Of a DNA stretch of 64,000 bases, positions 10,753-19,576 are shown one piece after another. A program made the translations under genes and the position numbers. The notes below the pieces were generated by a model. It saw only the letters and a program-made list of their open reading frames with translations. It made no database searches and was not told where the DNA came from. Origin of the DNA: a bacterium (GTDB taxonomy: Bacteria; Patescibacteriota; Patescibacteriia; Patescibacteriales; GWE2-39-37); assembly GCA_037146995.1 (NCBI GenBank), contig JBAWWA010000004.1:4077-68076 (forward strand). Reading direction: 5' to 3'. Within the stretch, counting starts at the first letter, position 1. The number at the start of each line of letters is the position of its first letter.

Positions 10753-11139
10753 ATGAAATTAACCACTTATCTATTGACCATGATTGGCGCTACCACGATG
10801 TGTTGGCTTTCATTTGTTTTTGTGTTGTTCGTGATTGATCCAGGGTCGACAACAAATGTTGGTTTCATGTTATTTTATGCATCACTTTTCTTGGCTTTGG
10901 TTGGTACCGGAGCAGTTATTGGCTTTTTAATAAGATTCATCTTTTTAAAATATAAAATTGCCCTGCGCTTGGTGATGGACGCATTTCGCCAATCCTTTCT
11001 TTTTGCTAGCTTGGTTTTAGTGGCGCTTTATCTGCTGTCCCAAGGACTATTTACTTGGTTAAATCTTTTTTTGTTAATTGCAGGTTTGGCTATTTTAGAA
11101 TTATTTATGATTAGTTATAGAAATACTACAAAACAATAA
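10753..11139 (+). CDS. Hypothetical integral membrane protein (4 predicted TM helices)
   Basis: ORF with four hydrophobic stretches; abuts pheS. Confidence 0.55.
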   Translation: MKLTTYLLTMIGATTMCWLSFVFVLFVIDPGSTTNVGFMLFYASLFLALVGTGAVIGFLIRFIFLKYKIALRLVMDAFRQSFLFASLVLVALYLLSQGLFTWLNLFLLIAGLAILELFMISYRNTTKQ

Positions 11140-11140
11140 T

Positions 11141-12169
11141 ATGTTAGAAGAATTACAAAAAATCAAGGAGAAAATATTGCTGGATTTGTCACTTTGTAAA
11201 GACTTGCTAAATCTGGGTGACCTTGAAGTCAAGTATATGGGGCGCAAAGGTGAATTTACCGAACAACTTAAAAAAATTGCTGAGTTGAGTCTTGAGGAGA
11301 AAAAAACAACCGGTAAGTTGGCAAATGAAATTAAGAGGGAGCTCGATAAAAAATTTAGCGACTTGAGAGATTCTCTATACAACGAAGGTACGTACAATAT
11401 GTCTATCGATCCGACTTTGCCAGGAAAGCAAATTATTGGCGGTCATTTGCATCCCTTATCGCAAGTTCAGTACGAGCTTGAAGATTTGTTTGTTTCGATG
11501 GGCTTCATGGTTTTGGATGGCCCAGAGCTTGAGTCTGATTTTTATAATTTTGAGGCGCTTAATATCCCCCCCCATCATCCGGCTAGGGATATGCAAGACA
11601 CATTTTATATTGACAAGAAAAACAAAGAGGGTGAGCTTGACCTGGTGATGCGTACTCAGACCTCATCCGTCCAGGTTCGAGCTATGCGAAAATATGGTGC
11701 ACCACTAAGGTGTGTGATTCCCGGACGTACTTTTCGTTGTGAAGCAACCGACGCCAGACATGAACACACTTTTTATCAGGTCGAAGGTATAATGCTTGAT
11801 GAAAATGTAAATATGGTCAACATGAAGAGTGTTTTGGAGACATTGGTCAAATCACTTTATGGTCAGGAAACACAATTGCGCCTGAGACCAAAGTTTTATC
11901 CATTTGTCGAACCTGGTAGTAATATCGAAGTGACCTGCTTTTTGTGTCAAGGTGCTGGTTGCAGAGTTTGCAAGCACTCAGGTTGGCTTGAAGTTGGTGG
12001 TTGTGGGATGGTTCACCCGAATGTGCTAAGAGCGGGTAACGTGAATCCTGATAAACACCAGGGTTTTGCTTTCGGTTTTGGCTTGACTCGTTTGACCATG
12101 TTGAAATATGGAATTACTGATATTAGGTATTTACAGTCCGATGATATGAGATTTTTGGGACAATTTTAA
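11141..12169 (+). CDS. pheS: Phenylalanine--tRNA ligase alpha subunit
   Basis: Class II aaRS motifs (HPLSQV, PHHPARDMQDTFY, FRCEATDARHEHTFYQVEG, GFAFGFGLTRL). Confidence 0.95.
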   Translation: MLEELQKIKEKILLDLSLCKDLLNLGDLEVKYMGRKGEFTEQLKKIAELSLEEKKTTGKLANEIKRELDKKFSDLRDSLYNEGTYNMSIDPTLPGKQIIGGHLHPLSQVQYELEDLFVSMGFMVLDGPELESDFYNFEALNIPPHHPARDMQDTFYIDKKNKEGELDLVMRTQTSSVQVRAMRKYGAPLRCVIPGRTFRCEATDARHEHTFYQVEGIMLDENVNMVNMKSVLETLVKSLYGQETQLRLRPKFYPFVEPGSNIEVTCFLCQGAGCRVCKHSGWLEVGGCGMVHPNVLRAGNVNPDKHQGFAFGFGLTRLTMLKYGITDIRYLQSDDMRFLGQF

Positions 12170-12214
12170 ATAAGGATAAGAATCAAAATATCAAGTCGAT
12201 AATTTTCAAATAAT

Positions 12215-14635
12215 ATGTATTTATCATTAAATTGGTTGAAGGATTTTGTAAAAATACCAAAGTCAATGACTCCAGAGGAGTTGGCGAGTTTTTTAACTTT
12301 ACATACAGTTGAGGTAGAAAAAATAGAAAATCAGAAAGACAGATTTGATCAAGTGGTGGTGGGTAAGATTTTAGCAGTCTTGCAACATCCCAATGCTGAT
12401 CGATTGCAGATGGCCGATGTTCAGGTTAATAAAAATGAAATTTTAAGAATAGTTTGCGGGGCGCCAAATATTGCAGTCGGTCAAAAAGTGCCAGTCGCCC
12501 TGATTGGTGCCAAGCTACCAAATGGCATGGAGATTAAGGCTGCAGAAGTAAGGGGTGAAAAATCATCCGGCATGCTTTGTGCGCCCGATGAACTGAGTCT
12601 CGGGGATGATCATTCTGGTATCCTGATCCTTGATGACAAGGCCAAGGTCGGCCAGTTATTATCAGAATATCTGGGCTTGGATGATCAAATTTTGGAAGTT
12701 GATAACAAGTCGATCACTAATCGCCCAGATTTATGGAGTCATCATGGTATGGCGAGGGACATATCAGCATTTTTAAATGTTAAATTTAACGCCTATAAGC
12801 CTAATGCGAAAATTCTTGAAAAGAAGAGTAGCGGCTTTGATTTTAGTGCCAGGGTTGAGGCAGATAATCTGTGTTCTCGCTATATGGCAATAGGTCTCGA
12901 GGGTGTAAAAATTGAGGGCTCTCCAGAATGGATGCAAAAAAAGCTTTTAGCAGTTGGCATGCGACCAGTTAATAATATCGTTGATATTACTAATTACGTG
13001 ATGCTTGAGTTGGGTCAGCCGCTGCATGCCTTTGATCAGTCATTGGTTGACAAAGTAATTGTTCGAGAGATTAAACAAGCTGAGCTTATGGAGACCTTGG
13101 ATGGTCAAAAACGTCAACTTGAAAAGGGCTTTTTGGTTATTGCAGACTCATCAAAGCCGATTGCGATAGCGGGTATCATGGGTGGCGGTAATTCTGAGAT
13201 ACTGCCAGAAACTACAAAAATAATCATAGAATCTGCTAATTTTGATCATGTCTCGATAAGAAAAACCTCAACAAAGCTTGGCCTAAGAACTGAATCATCG
13301 CAACGTTTTGAAAAAGCTCTTGATCCAAACTTGTGTGAGACCGCATTGATCAGGGCTGTAGAATTGATTTTACAGATTTGTAAGGGGTCGTCTGTTGCGA
13401 CTGATCTTGTTGATTTGAAAAGCAGGTCACTTGATAATGTTAAGAAAATAGAATTGAATTTTGATTGGCTTGAGAAAAAAATTGGAGAAGAAATAAAAGT
13501 TAGTAAAATAACAGAGATTTTGCATAACTTGGGTTTTATTACGGAAAAAATTAAACATGGCTTGATCGTGACTGTGCCAACTTGGCGCTCTACCAGAGAT
13601 GTGGAGTCACCTGAGGACGTGCTAGAAGAAATAGTACGAATCTATGGTTATAATAATTTGACCTCAAAAATGCCCCAAGTCGTTATGACTCCGCCGATTT
13701 TAAACAAAGAAAGGTTGCTTGAGCGCAAGATTAAAAATCTCTTATCCGGTGAGGTTGCTCTTTCTGAAGTTTACAATTATTCATTTGTTGGTGATGAGCA
13801 GTTAAAAAAACTACGCATAGACTATAGCGGCTATTTGCGTCTGGCAAACCCGATTGCCTCAGACTTAACGATGTTGCGACAAAATTTGGCTGAAAATCTG
13901 ATTATGAATGCACGTGTCAATCAGGCAAGACTCAAAAATTTTGGTTTTTTTGAAATAGGTAATGTGTTTCTAAATTTTCAAGGAGAATTAGAGCACGGCA
14001 AGAATTCGGGAGAATATTTGCCATATCAGGAATCTAGACTTGGCATCATGATTGCTGATGACGATGCTGCTACATCTTTCAATAAGGCTAAAGGTGCAAT
14101 TGAATATCTGATGAATTATTTTCAATTACCCTATGAGTGGCGTAAGAATGAAATTACTTTAACTTGGGGTAGTGAGGTGCTTGCTGCTGATTTGTATGTT
14201 TTTGATAAAAACTTGGGGTCAATCAGTTTAGTAGATCAGCGAGTGGCCAGGTCTCTCGGAATAAAAAGAGAAATCAGTGTGGCTGAGATATCCTTTGTTA
14301 GTTTGTTTAAATTTGTTAATCAGGCAAAAGTTAAAATTTTTACTGAAGAGTCGAAATATCCGGCTGTTATTCGCGATCTGGCATTTGTAGTTCCTGAGAA
14401 AGTGCTATATACTGAATTAAAGATGGGCATTCTAACATTTGATGAAGTTATAAACGAAGTAGATTTATTTGATGTTTATCAGGGTGATAAGCTTGCTGAC
14501 GGACTAAAGAGTTTGGCATTTCATATTAAGTATCAATCTGACAAGACACTGCTCAGCGAAGAGGTTGATGAGTTGCAAAAAAAATTACTCAATTTTTTGT
14601 ATGAAAAATTCGAGGCTAAAATAAGAGATTTCTAA
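12215..14635 (+). CDS. pheT: Phenylalanine--tRNA ligase beta subunit
   Basis: N-terminal tRNA-binding OB domain (VVVGKILAVLQHPNADRL), B3/4, B5 and FDX-ACB domains; directly follows pheS. Confidence 0.95.
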   Translation: MYLSLNWLKDFVKIPKSMTPEELASFLTLHTVEVEKIENQKDRFDQVVVGKILAVLQHPNADRLQMADVQVNKNEILRIVCGAPNIAVGQKVPVALIGAKLPNGMEIKAAEVRGEKSSGMLCAPDELSLGDDHSGILILDDKAKVGQLLSEYLGLDDQILEVDNKSITNRPDLWSHHGMARDISAFLNVKFNAYKPNAKILEKKSSGFDFSARVEADNLCSRYMAIGLEGVKIEGSPEWMQKKLLAVGMRPVNNIVDITNYVMLELGQPLHAFDQSLVDKVIVREIKQAELMETLDGQKRQLEKGFLVIADSSKPIAIAGIMGGGNSEILPETTKIIIESANFDHVSIRKTSTKLGLRTESSQRFEKALDPNLCETALIRAVELILQICKGSSVATDLVDLKSRSLDNVKKIELNFDWLEKKIGEEIKVSKITEILHNLGFITEKIKHGLIVTVPTWRSTRDVESPEDVLEEIVRIYGYNNLTSKMPQVVMTPPILNKERLLERKIKNLLSGEVALSEVYNYSFVGDEQLKKLRIDYSGYLRLANPIASDLTMLRQNLAENLIMNARVNQARLKNFGFFEIGNVFLNFQGELEHGKNSGEYLPYQESRLGIMIADDDAATSFNKAKGAIEYLMNYFQLPYEWRKNEITLTWGSEVLAADLYVFDKNLGSISLVDQRVARSLGIKREISVAEISFVSLFKFVNQAKVKIFTEESKYPAVIRDLAFVVPEKVLYTELKMGILTFDEVINEVDLFDVYQGDKLADGLKSLAFHIKYQSDKTLLSEEVDELQKKLLNFLYEKFEAKIRDF

Positions 14636-14681
14636 GAATCATTTGGTGCTTATTGAAATTTCTAAAGGATAAATTAAAGGT

Positions 14682-14975
14682 ATGATTCAAACAAGTGAGG
14701 ACTTATTAAGGATTGTATTGGCATTCTGTGCCTTATGGTTGACGATATTTATTGCCTGGTTTATATATTATATGGCCATGATAATGCGCCAATTTTTTCT
14801 TGGTACCAGGGAGATGCGAGAGCGTATTCATAAGGTTGATACTTTAATTGATGACGTACGGACAAAAATAGAACATAGCTCATCCTATTTATTGTTAATA
14901 GGCGAGGGGATAAAAAAATTGATTCAATTTGCTTACGACAAGACGGAAAAAAAATCAGCTGGTAAGAAGCGTTAA
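14682..14975 (+). CDS. Hypothetical small membrane-anchored protein
   Basis: 97-aa ORF with one N-terminal TM helix, followed by a terminator. Confidence 0.5.
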   Translation: MIQTSEDLLRIVLAFCALWLTIFIAWFIYYMAMIMRQFFLGTREMRERIHKVDTLIDDVRTKIEHSSSYLLLIGEGIKKLIQFAYDKTEKKSAGKKR

Positions 14976-14980
14976 AATAG

Positions 14981-15010
14981 AAAAAGCCCATTCATATGGG
15001 CTCTTTTTTT
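14981..15010. terminator. Bidirectional intrinsic terminator between convergent genes
   Basis: Stem AGCCCAT 14985-14991 / ATGGGCT 14996-15002, T-run 15004-15010, A-run 14981-14985. Confidence 0.75.
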
Positions 15011-15354
15011 ATGGTTAGATATTGATTGAGGTTCAGGTTTTTTAGGGTACTCATGCCCGCTCGATTTAAACTGTACACTAATTCGCCCTCAGGCAATAAT
15101 ACTCTATATTTTTGATTTTGAAAATCAAAATAAGCGTTCTTTAATAAAGTCTTATTCAATTTTTTTGGATTTTTGCCAGAGTATACGCATAGGCCTTCTG
15201 CTTCGTTGATTACCAGAACACATACTTTAAACTGTTCTTGATAGCCAAAATATTCAATTTTGGCCGTTGTACTCAGACCGCTCGCGATCGGTTGCCATGA
15301 TATCGACACTAGTGGCTCATTTGTTAAAAGGTCAATTGGTGATTTTTTTAACAT
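14992..15354 (-). CDS. Hypothetical protein (121 aa) downstream of topA
   Basis: AAGGAGG lies 8 nt upstream of ATG 15354, right after the topA stop. The longer ORF to 15405 overlaps topA. Confidence 0.65.
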   Translation of the reverse strand: MLKKSPIDLLTNEPLVSISWQPIASGLSTTAKIEYFGYQEQFKVCVLVINEAEGLCVYSGKNPKKLNKTLLKNAYFDFQNQKYRVLLPEGELVYSLNRAGMSTLKNLNLNQYLTIKKEPI

Positions 15355-15368
15355 GTTTAAAACCTCCT

Positions 15369-17600
15369 TTAGTCTTTTTTGTATTTGCAGCCTTTGGCTG
15401 AGCAACGAGCACTGCCATCTTCAATTTCTAATAGTAAAGCCGAGCATTCTGGGCATTTTTCACCAGTTGGCTTGGCGGAAAAGCTAGTTTTACAGGTCGG
15501 ATAATTATTGCAGGCAAAAAAAGTACCACGCCTTGAGCGTTTGCTGATAATTTCGCCCGTTTCACAATTTGGACATTTGATGCCTGTTTTTGAGGCTTCA
15601 TTATCAATGCCTTTGATATTTTTGCATTTTGGGTATCCGGAACAGGCAAGAAATGGACCGAATCTGCCAACTTTAACAATCATTGGTGATTGGCACTTGT
15701 CACAAACCTCATCTTTAAATTTTTCCTCCAGTTCTTTGTGGATCGCGAGTTGTTCAGGTGTTTCTTTTTTTAATGATTTGATATTTTTGCAATCAGGGTA
15801 ATTTGAGCAGGCGAGATATTTGCCAAAGCGTCCAATTTTTATAATCATTGGTGATTGGCACTTGTCACAAACCTCCTCGGTTTTTTCTTCCGGCATGATA
15901 TCTTCTTTTTTTAGTTCAGCCGTTTTAATTGCCAAGTTTGCGGCAAAGGGCTCGTAAAACTCTCTAATGACTGGTTGCCAAGGTGTTTTGCCGTCAGAAA
16001 TTTCGTCGAAATTATCCTCCATTTTAGCGGTGAACTCAAAGTCGACGATTTCAGGAAAGTTAGCCACTAACAAATCATTAACTGTGAAAGCAATATCAGT
16101 TGGTTTTAATTTTTTTGCCTCATCTCTTTCGACATAATTTCGTGCTTCAATGGTGGCGATTGTTGGGGCATAAGTTGAAGGTCGACCAATACCGTGTCGT
16201 TCTAAGATTTTAACTAAACCTGCATCGGAATAGCGAGCCGGTGGTTTGGTGAAATGTTGTAGTGGTGCCAGGCTGATAAGATTTAAGATGTCAGTTTCGG
16301 TCACGGCTGGCAGTATGGATTCCTCTGTTGTTTCAGGGTAAATTTTCAAATAGCCATCAAATTTCAAGATTTGGCCGCTGGTCCGGAAGTGATAGGGGGT
16401 ATTTTTTGCCTCGATGTCAATTGAGGTCTGGTCAACGATAGCATTAGGCATTTGACTGGCAATCGCACGTTGCCAAATTAGACGATATAAGCGCAATTGG
16501 CCAGGGTCGATTTTGTTTAATAGTTCTGGTGTTTTATTTGCTTCAGTTGGTCGAATAGCTTCATGAGCTTCTTGTGCGCCTTTTGATTTTGTTTTAAATT
16601 TTCGAGGTTCATTTAGATGATATTTTTCACCGAAACTTGTCGATAAATATTCTTTGGCTTCAGTCAAGAACTTGTCGGACAAATTCAAAGAATCGGTACG
16701 CATATAAGTTATATAGCCCTGTTCGTATAATTTTTGAGCCAGTGTCATGGTTTGCTTGGCGCTCATTCCCAGCATCCTATTTGCAGCCTGCTGAAGAGTT
16801 GAAGTAGTGAATGGCACTGGGGCGGTTTTTTTGCCCGCTCTTTTCTCCACATTTATAACTTGGTATTCTGCATTCAATAATTCAGACTCGATATTTTTTG
16901 CCTCATCCTCATTGCTAATGGCTAGTTTATCAAGTGTCTTGCCATTTTTTTTGTGCAAATTTGCAACCAAGGCTTCATTATTTTTAGTCTCTAGATTTGC
17001 TGAGATCGTCCAGTACTCGTCGGCTTTAAAGGCTTGTATTTCACGTTCACGTTCAACCACTAGTCTGACAGCAACACTTTGGACTCGACCAGCTGACAAG
17101 CCTTTGGCTACTTTTTTCCAGAGAAGGGGGGAGAGTTTGTAGCCAACTAGACGATCCAATACGCGCCTGGCTTGTTGTGCATCAACCATGTCCATGTCAA
17201 TTTCTCTAGGATTTTCTAGAGCATGCAAGATTGCATCCTTTGTAATTTCATGAAAAGCAATTCGTTGGACCAAAACATCGGTCTTTCTTTTTTTCTTGGA
17301 TTTTGTCAGGTCTAGCACCTCGGCCAAATGCCAGGCAATAGCTTCTCCTTCGCGATCTTCATCGGAGGCAAGAATAATCTTGTCAGCTTTAGCAGCAGCT
17401 TTTTTTAAAAGTGAGACTTTTGCTTTGGCCGTAGTTGGGACGATATAGGTTGGCTCAAAATTATTTTCTAGATCGACGCCAAGCTCTCTTTTTGGTAAGT
17501 CGCGCACATGACCAAACGAAGATTCTACTTGAAAATCTTTATTTAAAAACTTTGCGATAGTTTTAGCTTTGGTTGGTGACTCAACAATAATGAGATTCAT
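15369..17600 (-). CDS. topA: DNA topoisomerase I with four C-terminal zinc-ribbon repeats
   Basis: Toprim (IIVESPTKAKTI, SDEDREGEAIAWH), catalytic-Tyr block GYITYMRTDS, and repeated CDKCQSPM..C..C zinc fingers. Confidence 0.97.
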   Translation of the reverse strand: MNLIIVESPTKAKTIAKFLNKDFQVESSFGHVRDLPKRELGVDLENNFEPTYIVPTTAKAKVSLLKKAAAKADKIILASDEDREGEAIAWHLAEVLDLTKSKKKRKTDVLVQRIAFHEITKDAILHALENPREIDMDMVDAQQARRVLDRLVGYKLSPLLWKKVAKGLSAGRVQSVAVRLVVEREREIQAFKADEYWTISANLETKNNEALVANLHKKNGKTLDKLAISNEDEAKNIESELLNAEYQVINVEKRAGKKTAPVPFTTSTLQQAANRMLGMSAKQTMTLAQKLYEQGYITYMRTDSLNLSDKFLTEAKEYLSTSFGEKYHLNEPRKFKTKSKGAQEAHEAIRPTEANKTPELLNKIDPGQLRLYRLIWQRAIASQMPNAIVDQTSIDIEAKNTPYHFRTSGQILKFDGYLKIYPETTEESILPAVTETDILNLISLAPLQHFTKPPARYSDAGLVKILERHGIGRPSTYAPTIATIEARNYVERDEAKKLKPTDIAFTVNDLLVANFPEIVDFEFTAKMEDNFDEISDGKTPWQPVIREFYEPFAANLAIKTAELKKEDIMPEEKTEEVCDKCQSPMIIKIGRFGKYLACSNYPDCKNIKSLKKETPEQLAIHKELEEKFKDEVCDKCQSPMIVKVGRFGPFLACSGYPKCKNIKGIDNEASKTGIKCPNCETGEIISKRSRRGTFFACNNYPTCKTSFSAKPTGEKCPECSALLLEIEDGSARCSAKGCKYKKD

Positions 17601-18694
17601 TTAGTTTAAAATATAGTTCATGTTACCAATATTTTTGATAACTTTTTTAAGTTCCAGGATGGTAATCAACGAGTTCAGACTGGAAGTGTTAATTTGCATC
17701 TTTTGAATTAATTCCTCAAAATGTAGCGGTTCATGGGATAAAAATGAGAGAATTAAGCGTTCATTATCATTTTCGGCTTGGTAATGAATTTTACTATACG
17801 AGTTTAGAGACGATAAGTCAAGAGTATTTAGTATTTGTTCGGCAGAGGTTATCGGTATCGCACCTTGGGCGATGAGTGCATTGGTGCCCTGGACATGTTA
17901 GAAAAAATGTTGCCTGGTACGGCAAAAACTTCTCTATTTTGTTCTAGGGCGGTACGTGCGGTGATAAGTGAGCCAGAATCAAGGGCCGCTTCAATAACCA
18001 ACGTGCCGAAACTCAAACCGGAAATTATGCGATTTCTCATAGGGAAGTGGTATTTTAAAGGTTCAGTTTTGGGTGGGTATTCGGAGATAATTGCTCCGCC
18101 ATTATTGATTATTTTGTCGGCTAGCTGTTGGTTATGTCTTGGGTAAATACTTGAGCGGTCGATACCAGAACCAAGGACCCCAATGGTCCGACCGCCAGCC
18201 TCAAGTGTGGCGTTGTGGATTAGTGAATCTATACCCAGGGCCAAGCCGGACGTGATTGTTAGGCCAGAGCTTACTAGGGGTGGTATAAGATGATTGACTA
18301 ATTGCACGCCATAAGGACTGTGCTTGCGTGTACCAACTACTGCTAACGATTGCTCTTTGAGAGGAAATTTTCCTCTATAGTACAGGATGAATGGTGGATT
18401 AAATATTTGTTTTAATAGTACTGGATACTCGGCTTCGTTTTTGGTGATTATGTTTATTTCTTCTTGGTGCAACTGCTCGAGTAATTGGTTTAAGTCAAGA
18501 TTGGTGCGGTATTTGATAAACTCATGCGCAATCGCTTCTTCTATTTTTGCTGCCATTAATTCTGGTAGAGCCGCCTTGTATGCCTCCTCTGCCGTCTCAA
18601 AAAAATCATCCAAACGAGAGAGACGACTTTGTCCGAATTTTGCAAAGCTGCTTAATCCTAAAATATATTTGGTTTGCGCGTTTTTAATATCCAT
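17601..18694 (-). pseudogene. dprA: DNA-processing protein DprA, reading frame broken by a 1-nt frameshift (pieces 17849-18694 and 17601-17891)
   Basis: The N-terminal piece carries the DprA Rossmann core (VVGTRKHSPYG, GLALGIDS, FAVPGNIFSNMS). The conserved continuation QGTNALIAQGAIPITSAEQIL plus a winged-helix tail reads in another frame down to TAA 17601-17603, which abuts the topA ATG. Confidence 0.85.
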
Positions 18695-18782
18695 TTTTTT
18701 GACAATTCAATAAAGTAATGTTGTTATGGAAATACTCTTGACATGGTCAATCTATAATGATAAGGTGCTGACATAAATATTG

Positions 18783-19006
18783 TAAGCAGTTATCCGCTTG
18801 CTATTAGGGGTTATATATAAGTGGCTTTCCTCCTTGTTCATTTGTGTATTTACATCCTTTTAGCGGGCGAATAATTGCTTATATTATAATTGTAGCAAAT
18901 AGTATTTATTATTTATAGTAGCTATTATTTTGTCTAGAAGTGACTCATTTAAGCTTTCCCTCCTTTAGCTTGGTGATCTGAATGGGGTTCTCCTCGGCTT
19001 CTAGAC
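18783..19006. other. Two long imperfect hairpins in the pth-dprA intergenic region (candidate sRNA or leader; strand unresolved)
   Basis: Hairpin 1 pairs 18783-18803 with 18861-18881 (21 positions, 1 mismatch). Hairpin 2 pairs GTCTAGAAG 18932-18940 with CTTCTAGAC 18998-19006. Each displays GCTTTCC(C)TCCTT (plus) = AAGGAGG(G)AAAGC (minus). Confidence 0.3.
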
Positions 19007-19023
19007 ATGATAATATATATTAT

Positions 19024-19062
19024 AAAAAAATAGCCCTTCATTTATTGAAGGGCTATTTTTTT
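19024..19062. terminator. Bidirectional intrinsic terminator overlapping the pth stop codon
   Basis: Stem ATAGCCCTTCA 19030-19040 / TGAAGGGCTAT 19046-19056, flanked by an A-run on the left and a T-run on the right. Confidence 0.85.
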
Positions 19063-19551
19063 AATTTCATCGAACTGATTTTTTATGATTTCAACTTCTG
19101 ATTTTTTAAAACGGCCTAAAACAAAATTTTCAAGCGGTAACATTTCTAGATCAGCTGACTTTATGCCAACGCGAATTCTGAAAAAATCTTGACTGCCCAG
19201 GCTGTCTATAATAGACTTGACCCCGTTATTGCCCGCAGCTCTAGAGGAGGGGGCTAATTTGAACTTGCCGAGCTCGATATCTTTATCGTCATGTATGACA
19301 ACTAAATCTTCTTTTGTTAATTTAAAAAAATTAAGCGCTGAGACAACTGCCTCACCAGAAAGATTCATATAGGTTTGTGGTTTTAATAGGATGAATTCAG
19401 AATTTTTGGCGAGTAGACTCTTGGTTTTTTTGTGTTCACTGAAAGTAAGGCCAAGGTCCTTGGCAAGACCGTCGAGGGCTAAAAAGCCGACGTTATGACG
19501 ACTCAGTTCATATTTTTCGCCTGGATTGCCGAGACCGATAATCAGTTTCAT
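19042..19551 (-). CDS. pth: Peptidyl-tRNA hydrolase
   Basis: MKLIIGLGNPGEKYELSRHNVGF, HDDKDIELGKFKL, AGNNGVKSI. Confidence 0.95.
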   Translation of the reverse strand: MKLIIGLGNPGEKYELSRHNVGFLALDGLAKDLGLTFSEHKKTKSLLAKNSEFILLKPQTYMNLSGEAVVSALNFFKLTKEDLVVIHDDKDIELGKFKLAPSSRAAGNNGVKSIIDSLGSQDFFRIRVGIKSADLEMLPLENFVLGRFKKSEVEIIKNQFDEIKKIALQ

Positions 19552-19576
19552 ATTTTACTAATTTAAGAAAGGTAGT

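Noticed and set aside
18820-18836. Minus-strand GGAGGAAAGCC resembles the RNase P RNA CR-I motif GAGGAAAGUCC, and the 347-nt gap is about the right size
   Set aside because: The rest of the region is very AT-rich. It lacks the other conserved RNase P elements (the P4 partner ACAGAACCCGGCUUA, GGUAA/GNRA modules), and the motif occurs twice as part of SD-like hairpin loops. I do not call it RNase P RNA.
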